Source: a virus
Taxonomy: Duplodnaviria > Caudoviricetes
Length of the DNA: 64,000 nucleotides
Strand: one strand, 5' to 3'
IMG/VR virus record: IMGVR_UViG_3300024346_000004
The translations under genes were made by a program, and so were the position numbers. This document shows, one piece after another, positions 22,824-32,938 of this stretch. Within the stretch, counting starts at the first letter, position 1. Each line of letters begins with the position of its first letter. The notes beneath the pieces are model-generated. The model was not told the origin of the DNA and did not search any database. It saw only the letters and a list, made by a program, of their open reading frames with translations.

Positions 22824-25800
22824 ATGCCTCTCAGGACTTCTACTTATAAATATTACACTCTTTCTTTAGGCGATAAATGGTATCCAGGTTATGACTATGA
22901 AAATATGTCAACATCTGAAAATCAATTATCTGCTCTATTTAGCTTTGTTGGGCCTGGAGTATTAGAAGGCTGGCTAGTAGAAGCTCTATCTAATTTTAGA
23001 GATGAGCAAATCTCTTTAATAGATGGATATTTGAATAACCCATCTTCTGATTTAGGACAAAGATTTTTATATTTAGGTTTTAGACCAGATTCAACATGTA
23101 AATTAGCCACTACTACAAATATCGCCTCCTTATCTGGGTTATTAACAGTTGATGGAGTTGCATTAGCTGCAGATGACAGAGTATTAGTTAAAAATCAAAG
23201 TACAGCATCTCAGAATGGCATTTATCTAGCAAAATCTGGTGCATGGGTAAGAGCGTCAGAACTAGATAATAGATCTGAATATAATTCTAATTTTATTGTT
23301 TTAGTATTACAGGGAACAAATAATACTAAAACTGTTTGGGTAATGTCAAAACCACCTTTAGCAGGAGTAGTAGTTGGAACTACAAATATATATTTTGCTA
23401 ATGCTTTCAATCAGGTTGTAAAAGTAACTCCAGGATATGGTATTGTTGATTTATATTCAGCAAGAACTTATTACACAAATTATCTTAGAGTTACTACAGA
23501 GAATACTTTTTATGTTTGGGCTGAACCAGGATTGTGTTTGATATCTGATGGCATTTGTTCTATATCATGTCCAGCTGATCCAAATGAATTTTACGATGTA
23601 TCAAATCAGGCCACTTATTTAGCAACACTTAATACCTTAGCTGATCCAACCACTGGTATAACATCTATATCTGAAATCGTATATGAAGATCGTAGAAATG
23701 ATCTCAAATATCTTGCCGGGGCTCTAAAGAACGCATTAAATAAAGCATTCTATAGACATGTTCATACTGGTACTAATTCTACTCCAACAAAGATTTTATT
23801 ATCTACAACTTTGGTTTTAGACTGTTATGCTCCTACATCTAGCACTATTTTCGAAGTTAGAGATAGCACTAATACTTTATTTAAGTGGACTAGTAGTAGT
23901 TATGGCATTCCTGAAGTTCGCATCAATAATATTCCGTTATTATCAAGTGCTTATAGATTAGATAATACTAATGGGAAACTTTACTTAAAAAATTCTGTTG
24001 AGAGCGGAAATCTTGTTCAAATTATTCTTCCATTATCTCCACAAAGTAAATTATTTACAAATACAGATGCTACTACAGCTTTTACTGGAACAATTTATCT
24101 CACTGACGGCACAAAATATACAGATTCAAACAATAATACAGTATATAAAACATTTTCATGGTCTGATACAAAATATTTACCAGCTACAGTATATTTGAAT
24201 GATATTTTAGTTAACCCAGAATATTATGAAGTAGATCCTAATCAAGGTTCTATTCTTTTTTCAACTAATCTACCAAACTATTCTTCATACACTTTGAGTA
24301 GTGTTGGGGTAGTAGTAGAATCTGTAGGAAGAGAAATTGAAGATAAACTAACTGGCAAAAGAATTGAAGACATTAATGCTGCATCTTTCACCAGAGGAAC
24401 AGTAGACGCTAAAAGATTACCAGCAATAGATCACCTTGGACAGTATAGATATAAGAATAGTACATATTTATCACCATCCAATAATCTAATATCATACGGA
24501 GATTCTTTTACATATTATCCACAAGTAAATTCAGATCTACAATTTGATTCATTTATTACCAAAATATATCCCTCACAAAATATTGGTAATTTGATTTCTT
24601 CTAAAAATGGTTTATGTGTTACCAAAGATTATATTACTAATAATTTTACCAATACTTGGAATGTTGATAACGGTTATATCAAGGATGTAATGGATGAAAT
24701 ATTACAAACTGATTCTTTTGATAATCATTTTGTAAGAACATGGGCTCTGACTTCTACAGGCCGATTATATTCCACTCAAAATAAAGGCTTAACTTGGTCA
24801 ATCACTAAACAGCCTACTCAAGCAAATAATATTATATTAGCTAATGCTTTTTATGCTTCTACTATGAAAGAAGAAGTAGAACAGAATAGTATTATTAAAA
24901 CTGTTTATTCTACAAATCTATATCAAGGTACTAATTCTGGGTTTTATAGTGCTCACATTCAAGATGGGTTTACCGAGAATGAATGGTCCTGGTCAAAACT
25001 AACTCGAATTAAAGATGAAAACAATGCAGTTACATCTTTCAACGTTGTATATGCTGTTCTTGAAATAACAACATTAAGGCAAGTAACAGATGCTCAAACT
25101 GGTGATGTTAAAAAAACATACGACACAGCTATTTATCTTGGGACTGATAACGGTTTCTTTGTCGGTTCTGCATATGAAGTTAAAAGAATATATTCAGATA
25201 TTGTCAAGGGCTTTTATTGGATTCAATCAGGTACATCAAATCAAAACCTAAATGATATACTTTGGCATACTGACACTGAAGCATTTATTACACATACAGC
25301 TATTTATCAAGATGATGGACAAGGTAATACTTCTTGGATTCCACCTCTTTCAAATACTGACTTTTTTGGAGATTGTAGATTAGCCACTACAACAAACATA
25401 AATGTTACTCCTGGAAGTTGCCCATATTCAATAGATGGAATTAATTTACAGTCTGGTAATAGAGTTTTAGTTAAGAATCAAACAGATGCTAGACAAAATG
25501 GTATTTATTATGTTGTTACTTTGGGATCTAGCAATGATGGTACATGGTTAAGAACTGCTGATGTATTTACAGCTGGAAAACAAGTAAGAGTGACAGCTGG
25601 TAACACAAATGCTAATTCTTCTTGGGTATTAAAGTACTCTCCAAATTATGTATTCGGTTCAGCATATATTAATTGGGGCTTAGGAAAATATAGAGTATAT
25701 ACAAGTGCTAATACTATAAAGGGAATTACGCAAAGAAAATCTACTAGCCAATACTTAGTCTATCATACTGGTGGATTAAATATCGTAACAGATTCTTTTG

Positions 25801-28800
25801 ATCCTAACATCAATCCATCAACATCTTCTTTATCATGGAATTTAGAAGGCGGAGTGATTAATCATATTTATTCCATTACTGATTCTTCTACAGATTATGG
25901 GATTTTATATGCTGGTACTAATAAAGGTTTACTTAAGTCTACTGATGCTTTATTTGATTCCACATCTTTATTGAATCCTTGGACTAGAACTCAAAAATAT
26001 CTGTATGAATCAGATGAATTGACATTGTTTAATTCATACACTAATATTGAAGATCTATCTACATTTTCAGTGTTAGAAGACTATCAAGCTGTTAAATTCG
26101 ATAATGCCAAAAATAGTTGGGATATTTTTACATATGAAAGAGAATATGTAAATTTTTACACAGATCCATGGAATTCAGAAAATGCAGATGTTATTGTTTA
26201 TGTTAATGATATTGTCAGTAACATTCCTTACACAACAAATGCTAGTGAGGGTAAAATCTCATTCTTATCATCTTTATTAAAATCTGATAAAAATGACGTT
26301 ACAGTAACTATTATTCGTAAAGGCGCATATATATCTAATACTGGTGAAAATCCACATGCTGAAGTATTGAGATATTTAGTCACCGAAGAACAAAGTGTAA
26401 CAAAATTATCCACTGATTTACTACCCACAGATTTAGTAATGTATGTTGATAATCCTTCAGCAATACCTACATCTACAAAAATTTTAGAAATTAGATTCGA
26501 TACTATTGTTGAAAAAGTTACAGTTGATGTAAATCCTGTAACCAGAAAAGTTACATTACCATTTGCTAGAACAAGTACAATCACATTTCCAGCTTCATCC
26601 ACTATTCATTTAGTTGTATATAAGAATGTTTTAGGTATTGAAGATCTTCTTTACAAAAAACAAAATAACCTTACTTACCACTTGACATCGGTAGATAATG
26701 CTAATACATTACAACTAGCTTTAGCATCTAAATCTAATTATGCCAATTTATTCTCATTTTCAGAATCACCAGCGATTGGAAATGATGAAAGAGGTTTAAT
26801 TAAAACTCTATTGGTTGATAGTACTAATTTATCAACCATATATGATAAAAAAGCCTCAAATTCAAGCACATACTCAGGCTTATTACCTTCTTTGACTGAT
26901 AAACCATTTAACCCAGTTAGTATATATGCTGTTTATAATGCATCTAAGACGGGTGCAAATATGAAAGTTGCTACTGATTCTGGATTATGGAATTACAATG
27001 GTACAGCTTGGGTAAAAGAATCTGATTTAGGTGGTAGTAGTAGATCGTACTATATTAAGAATATAGATGGATTGATATCTACAGGTTCTGATACTGGATT
27101 ATGGCAAAAAAATGTTTCTTGGTCACAGAATGCAGTATATCCTCAAACTCAATTTGCTTATTTATCAGGATCATGGTTTACAGGTACATTCCAAGCATAT
27201 GGTAAAGAAGATGGTTTAGCTTTTGTTAATGTAGCTTCTGGATCATCTACTTTTACTTCTGACCATTTTGATTTAGTAGATGGAAAAAATGTCTACGGTT
27301 TATACAAAGATCAATTTATTAGAATAACTACAGATTCACAAGGCAATTCACAGCAAACAAAAGTAGATGCTTTATATTTATGTGCAGAAGATGGATTGTA
27401 TGCTGTAACTAATGGAAGTAGATCAGGTTCTTTTGCATCTATCTTAAACGGTCGTGAAATGCTTGATAACGCATATAAGACCACTAAATTTTATGATATT
27501 TTTAGAGCATTAGCAACCCCACCATCTACTACTGCTCCTGTACCGATGTTTATATTGACATCTAATGGGATATTAAAAGTACGCAACTGGAGATGGTGTG
27601 ACCCTACTGAAAATGATTTAGCATTTACTGTAGAAAATACATTCTTATCAGGTATCAGTTGTTATTGCTATGCTTTATCCACAGAAGTAGGTCCTCCAGG
27701 CAAAAGTAAAATATTTATAGGCACAAATGATGGTGTTTATAGATCATTTAATGAGGGTAATACTTTTGAAAAATGTGAGAGAATTCTTGGTGGTGCTGTT
27801 ACAGTATATGCTTTAAATATATTTTCAAGCACATATACAGAAAATTCTATCTCTGTTACAAAGAATGTTCTGCTTGCTTCTACTGAAAAAGGCATGTGGT
27901 ATAGTGCAGACGATGGAGATACATGGTATTTATCTGGAAAACCTACAGCAGAAAATTCTTATCCTGTTACATTTAACTCCACTATCAATTCAAATCTTAG
28001 TTTAGGTTCTACAGATACTACTGGTGGTTGGGTCGCACAAACATTTAAACCACAATCAGGTCAGTCGCAAGTATTTAAAATATCCGCTTATTTTGATTTA
28101 AAACAATTACAAACAGATCCAGCATATAGCTTATCTTTAGGTAATCAAATACAAGCTTATATATATTCTACTGATGTAAACGGAGTACCATTAACACAAA
28201 TAGCAGCAAGTGGATCTGGTACTATTGCTACTTTAATCTCACAAGGATATTTACCATCTGGATTTACCTCGGATTCACTTACTGCTAATTCAATCAAATA
28301 TCCAGGCTTCTTATCAATCTATCTACCTGTGACGTTGCCTAATTCTACTAGTACTTATGCATTAGTTATCAGAGAAGTAGTACAGGTAGGTGGCATATCT
28401 TTAGTACAATGGAAAAAATCTACTCTTGCAAACCCTTATTCTGATGGTAGATCTTATTCTAGTACAAACGGAACATCTTGGGCAGCTTTAAATACAGCAG
28501 ATGATTTATTCTTCCAAGTTTATTTTACTGGACAATCACAATATTCAGAAACAAATGAAATTGTAGGTTATAAATCAACATCCTCAATAAATGGATGGGC
28601 AGATGGTGAATTTAATGGATTGATTGTTAATGATTCTGGTGCTTTAACTACAGACTTTAAATTCGCTACATCTTTCTTGATAGATGATACAACATCTATG
28701 GGATTTGCTTTTGATAATATAAGCAACTATGAAAATGAATTAAGCGGTCTTGTTGATAGAATCTGGAATAGAACAACTATTTCCTCATTACCATTAAGTT

Positions 28801-31427
28801 ATGCGGATGTTTGGGTATATGGTAACTCTATACTTCAAAAAACACTCACTGGTTTTATTAATGATTCTGTTATTATTAAATCTTATATTTCAGCTTTAAA
28901 ACAAAAGGGCAATCAATCTACACAAAATGAAGCAATTGATATAGCAATAACAACATTAAGTCCTCAAGGTATTGCTGAATCTATACTAAAATCTAATGAT
29001 ATTGTTGGCAATTTATCTAGAACAAATACTATTATAAATTATCTAACATCTATATCTTCACTTAGATTTAATGAATTAAAATCTTGGTATTCAATAAGTT
29101 CTAATGCACAAGTCAATCTAGTCCCATTATCATCAGCTAATATTACACAACCTAACATTGGATTATCTAAAGATGGAATAACTTTATATAAATGGATAGA
29201 ATCTTCTTATTTATATATTGAAGTTAGTGTTAATAATGTTGTGGTTAATAGCGGATATACAATTAATCCTAATAATGGACAGATAACATTTAGCCCCGCA
29301 TTATCCTTGGGAGATTCTGTTTCTGTAGTGCTGAGACAAGACTGGGATGGTACACAAGCTAATATTGCCTCTTCAAATATATTATCAACAGAATTAATAA
29401 GAAGATGGTCGGAATCATATTTACCATTATCATTTGTATTTACAGATGGAAAAAATATATCTGTCAATACGGCTCTAGAAATTATTGAGAATTCAGCTAC
29501 AGCCTGGAATGATGCGGGTGTAAATATAAATGCGTTCTTATTAGGAAAGAACACAACTCATTCAGACCTTCTCAAGATTGGTCAGAGTGGTAAATTCTTT
29601 CACATAGGTACTGATGCTAATTCATCTGATTTTGATAATGCTTTTGATTCTTTGATGCATGGAAATCTAAACACAATCTTTGCTGGCAGTTGGACTAAAA
29701 CAATTGATTACAATGAGCCAAAATACATAACATCAGTATTTACAAATTATTCTGCACCTACTTCTACTGTTAATAGTAGTTGTATTGTGAAATTTAGATG
29801 GACTTCAAATCGTACAAATTATTCTTCATGGATTACTTTGACATCTAATACCGCTTTTGTATTAAACAAAGATGTATTAGCTATTCAATATAGTGTTGAA
29901 ATGAAAGACGGATGGAATGGCACCACAAGAGTAAGACCTGCTATTACTGAGCTTTATCATACTATTATTAATCCAGCTATTGAATATCATATTACTAATT
30001 CAAATACAATTGATGGCAGTTTATTTGAATACATCCATTCTCATGATAAAGGTAATCTAGCAGCTAAATTTGAGTGGGGGATTTGTAGAGGAGATTCTAC
30101 AGACTGGTCAGATTTCTATACTATCAAATCTGGTAGAAATGGTGTTATGCCTAATAGACAATCTTCTATTCTATACACTGACCCACTAAGCAGATCAGAC
30201 CTAAAAACTACTACTACAGATTATTTTATATATCAGGTTTATGAATCTTCTGGTAGTACAGCTTCTTGGACTGACACTGATGACGTTACTATTTATATTA
30301 ATGGTTTAGGAGTTGGCAAAAATTCAAATTACTATTCTTTGGATTCTGCTAATGGATTGATTTATTTCACATCAGAAAAACCTGTCACTGCTATTATTAC
30401 AGTAGATATAGTAACACCTGAGTCAGCTGTTAACTATAATGGTGAAACAACGTCTACTATAGATAATAGAACATATTACCTAGCAAATGGTAGATGGCCT
30501 AGTGATAGCAGTGTAGTAGTTCTAGTTAATGGTTCTATAGTAAGAGGCGGATATTTTACTAATAGAGAAATGGGTACTGTTACATTTACTAAAGAATTAA
30601 ACTTTACAGATATTGTCACTGTATTTGTTCTTCCGTCAAATAAATTTAGAGTTGGCGTAAAAATTTCTAAATACACTAACTCTACTGTAGATTATCAAAA
30701 GTTTGGTTTGACATATACTAGTGTAGCGAATAAAGAAGTTGAATTGGATTTCTTATCCTCACCGTCTCCTACAATATATCCTGACTCATTGTCACTATTG
30801 CCATCTCCTGCTATTTCAACAGAGAGAATATATATAGATTATGATTTTGTTTCTGAAGAAAACAATAAGGAATTAAATAGTAGAACAGAATGGTATAGAA
30901 GAAGAGGCGGCGGATCTTTCTTAAGAGTCAATGCTTCTAACTCCTTACCGAATTATGATAATAGAACAGTTGAAAAATTATCAGATATTAATAGCTTGTT
31001 TATTGAGAATGATCAGGTTAAAGTTATTGTGTATCCATCTGACGGTTTAACAGAAGGTGTATCTTATGAATCTTTACCTGTTACAATCGGTGGTAATAAA
31101 AAACCTTATGTCAAATCCTTAACTATTACTGGTGCTGGTAAAGTAATTACTAGTGGTGTAAATTATATTTCACCAAATGTAGAACTAAAAGCAAAATATA
31201 TTTTCAATGATGGCGAAACAGGTAGTAGCGATATTACTATAGAGGGTATAGATTCTACATCTATTATCAATTGGTATGTAAATGATTCTAAAACATCTAT
31301 TTACACTGGTTCTATATTACCATCTAAGTATGTCAGCTCTGGCATTGTTATCTCTTACAGAATTACTCCATATGACGGAACACTTTATGGCACGTTGGTT
31401 CAGTCTGAAGATATTACTGTTTATTAA
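22824..31427 (+). CDS. Giant tail fibre / adhesin with Asp-box propellers and a split vWA domain (2867 aa)
   Basis: Two RVLVKNQ motifs; Asp-box-like repeats (STQNKGLTW, SFNEGNTF, SADDGDTW); vWA-type motifs LIDDTTSM and FTDG. Confidence 0.7.
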   Translation: MPLRTSTYKYYTLSLGDKWYPGYDYENMSTSENQLSALFSFVGPGVLEGWLVEALSNFRDEQISLIDGYLNNPSSDLGQRFLYLGFRPDSTCKLATTTNIASLSGLLTVDGVALAADDRVLVKNQSTASQNGIYLAKSGAWVRASELDNRSEYNSNFIVLVLQGTNNTKTVWVMSKPPLAGVVVGTTNIYFANAFNQVVKVTPGYGIVDLYSARTYYTNYLRVTTENTFYVWAEPGLCLISDGICSISCPADPNEFYDVSNQATYLATLNTLADPTTGITSISEIVYEDRRNDLKYLAGALKNALNKAFYRHVHTGTNSTPTKILLSTTLVLDCYAPTSSTIFEVRDSTNTLFKWTSSSYGIPEVRINNIPLLSSAYRLDNTNGKLYLKNSVESGNLVQIILPLSPQSKLFTNTDATTAFTGTIYLTDGTKYTDSNNNTVYKTFSWSDTKYLPATVYLNDILVNPEYYEVDPNQGSILFSTNLPNYSSYTLSSVGVVVESVGREIEDKLTGKRIEDINAASFTRGTVDAKRLPAIDHLGQYRYKNSTYLSPSNNLISYGDSFTYYPQVNSDLQFDSFITKIYPSQNIGNLISSKNGLCVTKDYITNNFTNTWNVDNGYIKDVMDEILQTDSFDNHFVRTWALTSTGRLYSTQNKGLTWSITKQPTQANNIILANAFYASTMKEEVEQNSIIKTVYSTNLYQGTNSGFYSAHIQDGFTENEWSWSKLTRIKDENNAVTSFNVVYAVLEITTLRQVTDAQTGDVKKTYDTAIYLGTDNGFFVGSAYEVKRIYSDIVKGFYWIQSGTSNQNLNDILWHTDTEAFITHTAIYQDDGQGNTSWIPPLSNTDFFGDCRLATTTNINVTPGSCPYSIDGINLQSGNRVLVKNQTDARQNGIYYVVTLGSSNDGTWLRTADVFTAGKQVRVTAGNTNANSSWVLKYSPNYVFGSAYINWGLGKYRVYTSANTIKGITQRKSTSQYLVYHTGGLNIVTDSFDPNINPSTSSLSWNLEGGVINHIYSITDSSTDYGILYAGTNKGLLKSTDALFDSTSLLNPWTRTQKYLYESDELTLFNSYTNIEDLSTFSVLEDYQAVKFDNAKNSWDIFTYEREYVNFYTDPWNSENADVIVYVNDIVSNIPYTTNASEGKISFLSSLLKSDKNDVTVTIIRKGAYISNTGENPHAEVLRYLVTEEQSVTKLSTDLLPTDLVMYVDNPSAIPTSTKILEIRFDTIVEKVTVDVNPVTRKVTLPFARTSTITFPASSTIHLVVYKNVLGIEDLLYKKQNNLTYHLTSVDNANTLQLALASKSNYANLFSFSESPAIGNDERGLIKTLLVDSTNLSTIYDKKASNSSTYSGLLPSLTDKPFNPVSIYAVYNASKTGANMKVATDSGLWNYNGTAWVKESDLGGSSRSYYIKNIDGLISTGSDTGLWQKNVSWSQNAVYPQTQFAYLSGSWFTGTFQAYGKEDGLAFVNVASGSSTFTSDHFDLVDGKNVYGLYKDQFIRITTDSQGNSQQTKVDALYLCAEDGLYAVTNGSRSGSFASILNGREMLDNAYKTTKFYDIFRALATPPSTTAPVPMFILTSNGILKVRNWRWCDPTENDLAFTVENTFLSGISCYCYALSTEVGPPGKSKIFIGTNDGVYRSFNEGNTFEKCERILGGAVTVYALNIFSSTYTENSISVTKNVLLASTEKGMWYSADDGDTWYLSGKPTAENSYPVTFNSTINSNLSLGSTDTTGGWVAQTFKPQSGQSQVFKISAYFDLKQLQTDPAYSLSLGNQIQAYIYSTDVNGVPLTQIAASGSGTIATLISQGYLPSGFTSDSLTANSIKYPGFLSIYLPVTLPNSTSTYALVIREVVQVGGISLVQWKKSTLANPYSDGRSYSSTNGTSWAALNTADDLFFQVYFTGQSQYSETNEIVGYKSTSSINGWADGEFNGLIVNDSGALTTDFKFATSFLIDDTTSMGFAFDNISNYENELSGLVDRIWNRTTISSLPLSYADVWVYGNSILQKTLTGFINDSVIIKSYISALKQKGNQSTQNEAIDIAITTLSPQGIAESILKSNDIVGNLSRTNTIINYLTSISSLRFNELKSWYSISSNAQVNLVPLSSANITQPNIGLSKDGITLYKWIESSYLYIEVSVNNVVVNSGYTINPNNGQITFSPALSLGDSVSVVLRQDWDGTQANIASSNILSTELIRRWSESYLPLSFVFTDGKNISVNTALEIIENSATAWNDAGVNINAFLLGKNTTHSDLLKIGQSGKFFHIGTDANSSDFDNAFDSLMHGNLNTIFAGSWTKTIDYNEPKYITSVFTNYSAPTSTVNSSCIVKFRWTSNRTNYSSWITLTSNTAFVLNKDVLAIQYSVEMKDGWNGTTRVRPAITELYHTIINPAIEYHITNSNTIDGSLFEYIHSHDKGNLAAKFEWGICRGDSTDWSDFYTIKSGRNGVMPNRQSSILYTDPLSRSDLKTTTTDYFIYQVYESSGSTASWTDTDDVTIYINGLGVGKNSNYYSLDSANGLIYFTSEKPVTAIITVDIVTPESAVNYNGETTSTIDNRTYYLANGRWPSDSSVVVLVNGSIVRGGYFTNREMGTVTFTKELNFTDIVTVFVLPSNKFRVGVKISKYTNSTVDYQKFGLTYTSVANKEVELDFLSSPSPTIYPDSLSLLPSPAISTERIYIDYDFVSEENNKELNSRTEWYRRRGGGSFLRVNASNSLPNYDNRTVEKLSDINSLFIENDQVKVIVYPSDGLTEGVSYESLPVTIGGNKKPYVKSLTITGAGKVITSGVNYISPNVELKAKYIFNDGETGSSDITIEGIDSTSIINWYVNDSKTSIYTGSILPSKYVSSGIVISYRITPYDGTLYGTLVQSEDITVY

Positions 31428-31455
31428 AGGAACTTAGTATATAAACTAAGGAAAT
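31428..31455 (+). promoter_or_regulatory. AGG-N19-GGAAAT promoter-like motif with an internal inverted repeat
   Basis: CTTAGT-atataa-ACTAAG lies in the spacer; an AAGGAG RBS follows downstream. Confidence 0.45.
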
Positions 31456-31480
31456 TTTATAGTAGTACAAGGAGAATAAA

Positions 31481-32401
31481 ATGGAAGACAATATCAAGTT
31501 CATTCCTGATGAAGAATTAGTTCCGATTCATGTAATGCAATCTTTTTCACAAGTTGTTGACTGGGGTTTGATGCAAAGCTCAATTCCTGAAGCATGGAAA
31601 TATACCATGGGTGAAGGTATTAACGTAGCTATTCTTGACACTGGTATTGCAGATCATCCTGACATGGAAGGTGCTCTTTTGCCACCTTTGAATTTTTCGG
31701 GAGAAAATGACCATCTTGATAGAAACGGTCACGGTACCCATTGTGCATCAATTGTTGCTGCAAGAAACAATGAATTGGGCATGGTTGGCGTTGCTCCAGG
31801 CTGTAATATTATATCTGTAAAGGTTCTCGGCAATAATGGCTCCGGCTCTTATGATGGAATTATTGCGGGTATTCAAGGCGCTATGGATGCTGGTGCCGAT
31901 ATTATTAGTATGTCCCTTGGTTCTCCTACAGAAGCCCCAATAGCTCTACATGAAAAAATAAAAGAAGCTACAAATAGAGGCATTATTGTTTTAGCAGCAG
32001 CCGGAAATGATGCCGGGAGAACAAATTATCCTGCTAGATATGATGAAGTTATTGCTGTCGCTGCTTTGGATAGAACTGGTAATTTGGCTCATTTTTCCAG
32101 TAGATCTGATGAAGTAGATGCTGTAGCTCCTGGGGTTGATATTTATGCATGTCACTTAAACAAAGGATATGCAAAGTTAAATGGCACTAGTCAAGCATGC
32201 CCGTTTATGGCTGGTGTTTGTGCTTTATTATTAGCATGGTCAAGAAAAACACCCGATGTTCCATTGATCAAGAATTACCAAGATATGTTGCAAAGATTAG
32301 ATGATGTTTGCGACAAAGATAGTAATAATGTTTCTCTTGGAAGATCTGGTGAATGGGGATTTGGTATTCCATCTTTTGCTAATAATAAATTTAGACCGTA
32401 A
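31481..32401 (+). CDS. S8 subtilisin-family serine protease, intracellular type
   Basis: Catalytic motifs ILDTG, HGTH, AAAGN and GTSQACP; no signal peptide; strong RBS. Confidence 0.95.
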   Translation: MEDNIKFIPDEELVPIHVMQSFSQVVDWGLMQSSIPEAWKYTMGEGINVAILDTGIADHPDMEGALLPPLNFSGENDHLDRNGHGTHCASIVAARNNELGMVGVAPGCNIISVKVLGNNGSGSYDGIIAGIQGAMDAGADIISMSLGSPTEAPIALHEKIKEATNRGIIVLAAAGNDAGRTNYPARYDEVIAVAALDRTGNLAHFSSRSDEVDAVAPGVDIYACHLNKGYAKLNGTSQACPFMAGVCALLLAWSRKTPDVPLIKNYQDMLQRLDDVCDKDSNNVSLGRSGEWGFGIPSFANNKFRP

Positions 32402-32439
32402 CTGAGGAAGAGCAAGTCTCAAAATAAAAATGTACTCAG

Positions 32440-32476
32440 CTCTTCTCCAATGTAACTCATAAAAACTGGAGAAGAG
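32440..32476 (+). promoter_or_regulatory. Anti-Shine-Dalgarno hairpin
   Basis: CTCTTCTCCA (32440-32449) is the perfect reverse complement of TGGAGAAGAG (32467-32476), which contains the RBS of the gene at 32480. Confidence 0.6.
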
Positions 32477-32479
32477 AAT

Positions 32480-32938
32480 ATGAAATTGAAATATAGTTTA
32501 ATAATTATATTTTTAGCTATTTCTGTGTATTTATTGGCTTATAGGCCGTTTAGAGTAGTAATGGTTATTGGAGAATCAATGACACCTACTCTAAAACCAT
32601 TTCAATTAGTTTTAGCTTATAAAACAGATAAACTAAAAACAGGCGATGTGGTTATTATCGATAGTATTGAAGCAGAAACATTAATAAAAAGAATAAAATA
32701 TGCGTCTGGTGATAAATACTCTTATTATATGGATTATTCTGGCATGATTTTGATGCCAGATAATAAAAAAGATCTTTATAATTTCTTACAAAATCATCAT
32801 AATTACAATAGAGTTATGACTTTTCAAATAAAAAAAGATTATTATTTTGTTTTGGGTGATAATCTAGAAAATTCTGATGATAGTAGAAGATTTGGCCCAG
32901 TAGCTAAATCTTACATAAAATATAAGGTTATTATGTAA
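32480..32938 (+). CDS. lepB: Signal peptidase I (S26)
   Basis: N-terminal TM segment, GESMTPTL (Ser), IKRI (Lys) and GDN...SDDSRRFG. Confidence 0.92.
   Translation: MKLKYSLIIIFLAISVYLLAYRPFRVVMVIGESMTPTLKPFQLVLAYKTDKLKTGDVVIIDSIEAETLIKRIKYASGDKYSYYMDYSGMILMPDNKKDLYNFLQNHHNYNRVMTFQIKKDYYFVLGDNLENSDDSRRFGPVAKSYIKYKVIM

Noticed and set aside
1628-30676. Many 60-125 aa antisense or alternate-frame ORFs inside the large genes (also within 33162-63461)
   Set aside because: They are shadow ORFs of long coding regions with no recognisable motifs.
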